Below, in pieces: positions 62,725 to 64,000 of a stretch of 64,000 nucleotides of DNA (within the stretch, counting starts at the first letter, position 1; each line of letters starts with the position of its first letter). The translations under genes were made by a program, and so were the position numbers. The DNA is from Setoptus koraiensis (Eukaryota > Animalia > Arthropoda), in assembly GCA_048013815.1 (NCBI GenBank), contig CM106586.1, positions 22,196,001 through 22,260,000 of the forward strand, given 5' to 3'. The notes beneath the pieces were generated by a model. It made no database searches and had not been told where the DNA came from. It was given only the letters and a program-made list of their open reading frames with translations.

Positions 62725-63348
62725 ATGTCTCTATCAACATCGGTCTCATCATTGTCAGAGATGCCTACGACAACCTCAATATCTAACTCGAATGAATCGA
62801 GTCCAAGATCTCATGATCATAAGCCACCCAAGTACACTTACACTACAGAGGAACTGCGTTCTATTGGAGCTTCGATGAACTTCAGCGAAGCTAATCCTGT
62901 CCACCAATCCACTCTACTCGGCCCAATGGCTCAATTCTCTGTTGGCCCCTATTCCAGTTTCTGCCCACCAATATCAAATCTCATCTCTTCGATGAGGACC
63001 AACAATTATAGGAGGCAACCACAACATGACAACCATGAGCCAAAGCCGCCAACTCGTCACGATACATATACCATAGGTGATGTATTTGATTTCAAATCAC
63101 TGGTGGAAGAGATATACAAGCAGACCCCGATTGTGCAAAACAACATTTACAACCAGCCCGAGTCTAATCAAGCCCCAACAGTACCCGATCACCAGGCCGA
63201 GCTCGCTTCCTCAGTAGCGGACTTTTTTCGTAAAGCGCAACCATACCACTATTCACCTCACTTGTTGTCCAGTCTAGACTCATCTAAAGTTGTGAGTGTC
63301 AGCAAATTAGAGGAGGAACTCTTAGGAGCAACGACCAAAGAAAAATGA
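62725..63348 (+). CDS. Single-exon 207-aa S/P-rich protein with eIF4E/4EHP-binding-like motif (4E-T/GIGYF-like), function unassigned
   Basis: Clean ATG-TGA ORF in AT-rich flanks. Motifs KYTYTTEELRSI, TIGDVFDF and VVSVSKLEEELL. Confidence 0.7.
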   Translation: MSLSTSVSSLSEMPTTTSISNSNESSPRSHDHKPPKYTYTTEELRSIGASMNFSEANPVHQSTLLGPMAQFSVGPYSSFCPPISNLISSMRTNNYRRQPQHDNHEPKPPTRHDTYTIGDVFDFKSLVEEIYKQTPIVQNNIYNQPESNQAPTVPDHQAELASSVADFFRKAQPYHYSPHLLSSLDSSKVVSVSKLEEELLGATTKEK

Positions 63349-63554
63349 TTACTTAGAATTATTTTCATTATCAATATTACTTATACTCTTATATATATTA
63401 CTCAAGCTGATTGATTAATCTATCAGCACAGTATACATTGTGATGCTTGTTAAAACATAAAAGGAATTTAAGCGCTATGAGCGAAATGCTATAACAATGA
63501 ATTATCAAATAAATTGTCTCCACACGTGGGAAGATACTCTTTGAAATCCGAACT

Positions 63555-64000
63555 CTATGAAATATGAAAGTTGAGAAACGTTTGTATCGCTGAAAAAGGT
63601 TTCTTTCTCATAGTGGACGCACATTGTCTGTATAAACCGATGATCTCCTTGTCTTCTTCTTTGCGAGAGTAGAGAATTTTCTCTGATATCCAAACCTCGT
63701 CACGACCAATCCTCATCTGGCTAATACATGTTGATGCTTTCTCTGAGAAAAGATATCTCTTGTGCGATGGGTGGCTCTTCGGGGTGAGAAATAACATGAG
63801 AAAGTTGCTAAACGTAGGGTCACCATATGAAGCCCCCTCAAATTGATCTACTAGTTTGATAAAAAAATCATAGACGCTCAAGTTGATACCACTAAGCTTC
63901 TTGGCAGGATTCTGGAACGGCATGTCTTGTTCGTTGATGGGATCAATACATTCTGCAAGAAGGGTTAACACAACCTCCTTCAAGGAACACGAAACGCGGG
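63555..64000 (-). CDS. RPAP1: RNA polymerase II-associated protein 1, C-terminal part (5' truncated by the window edge)
   Basis: YDFFIKLVDQFEGASYGDPTFSNFLMLFL...KRYLFSE resembles the RPAP1 C-terminal block (recalled: FxDLYxxFLDHFEAVSFGDxLF...LFGE). The frame is open to the edge. Confidence 0.8.
   Translation of the reverse strand, partial: RVSCSLKEVVLTLLAECIDPINEQDMPFQNPAKKLSGINLSVYDFFIKLVDQFEGASYGDPTFSNFLMLFLTPKSHPSHKRYLFSEKASTCISQMRIGRDEVWISEKILYSRKEEDKEIIGLYRQCASTMRKKPFSAIQTFLNFHIS

Overview
This is eukaryotic DNA, not prokaryotic. It has GT-AG introns, an LTR retrotransposon and animal gene families. It reads as an arthropod, possibly a mite; that assignment is inference from gene content and style only. 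Left to right: (1) an intact, very young Ty1/copia element (678-5216, minus strand) with identical 153-bp LTRs, a CGACT target-site duplication and a half-tRNA-type primer site; (2) a 90-aa stand-alone chromodomain ORF; (3) an AT-rich ~4.4-kb island bracketed by ~105-bp direct repeats, holding one intact intronless 7-TM gustatory-receptor-like gene plus 3' and 5' relics of paralogues; (4) a (CAACAG)44 tract; (5) a giant two-exon CABIT-domain (serrano/GAREM/Themis family) gene, join(20659..22189,46702..55571), 3466 aa, with a 24.5-kb intron rich in short tandem repeats and CAGGTGAG E-box motifs; (6) a five-exon SLC17-family MFS transporter (minus); (7) a 207-aa single-exon protein with eIF4E/4EHP-binding-like and FDF motifs; (8) the 3' end of RPAP1 running off the right edge. 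Most short ORFs in the supplied track are by-products of low-complexity repeats. All family calls come from motifs recognised by eye; no database search was run.
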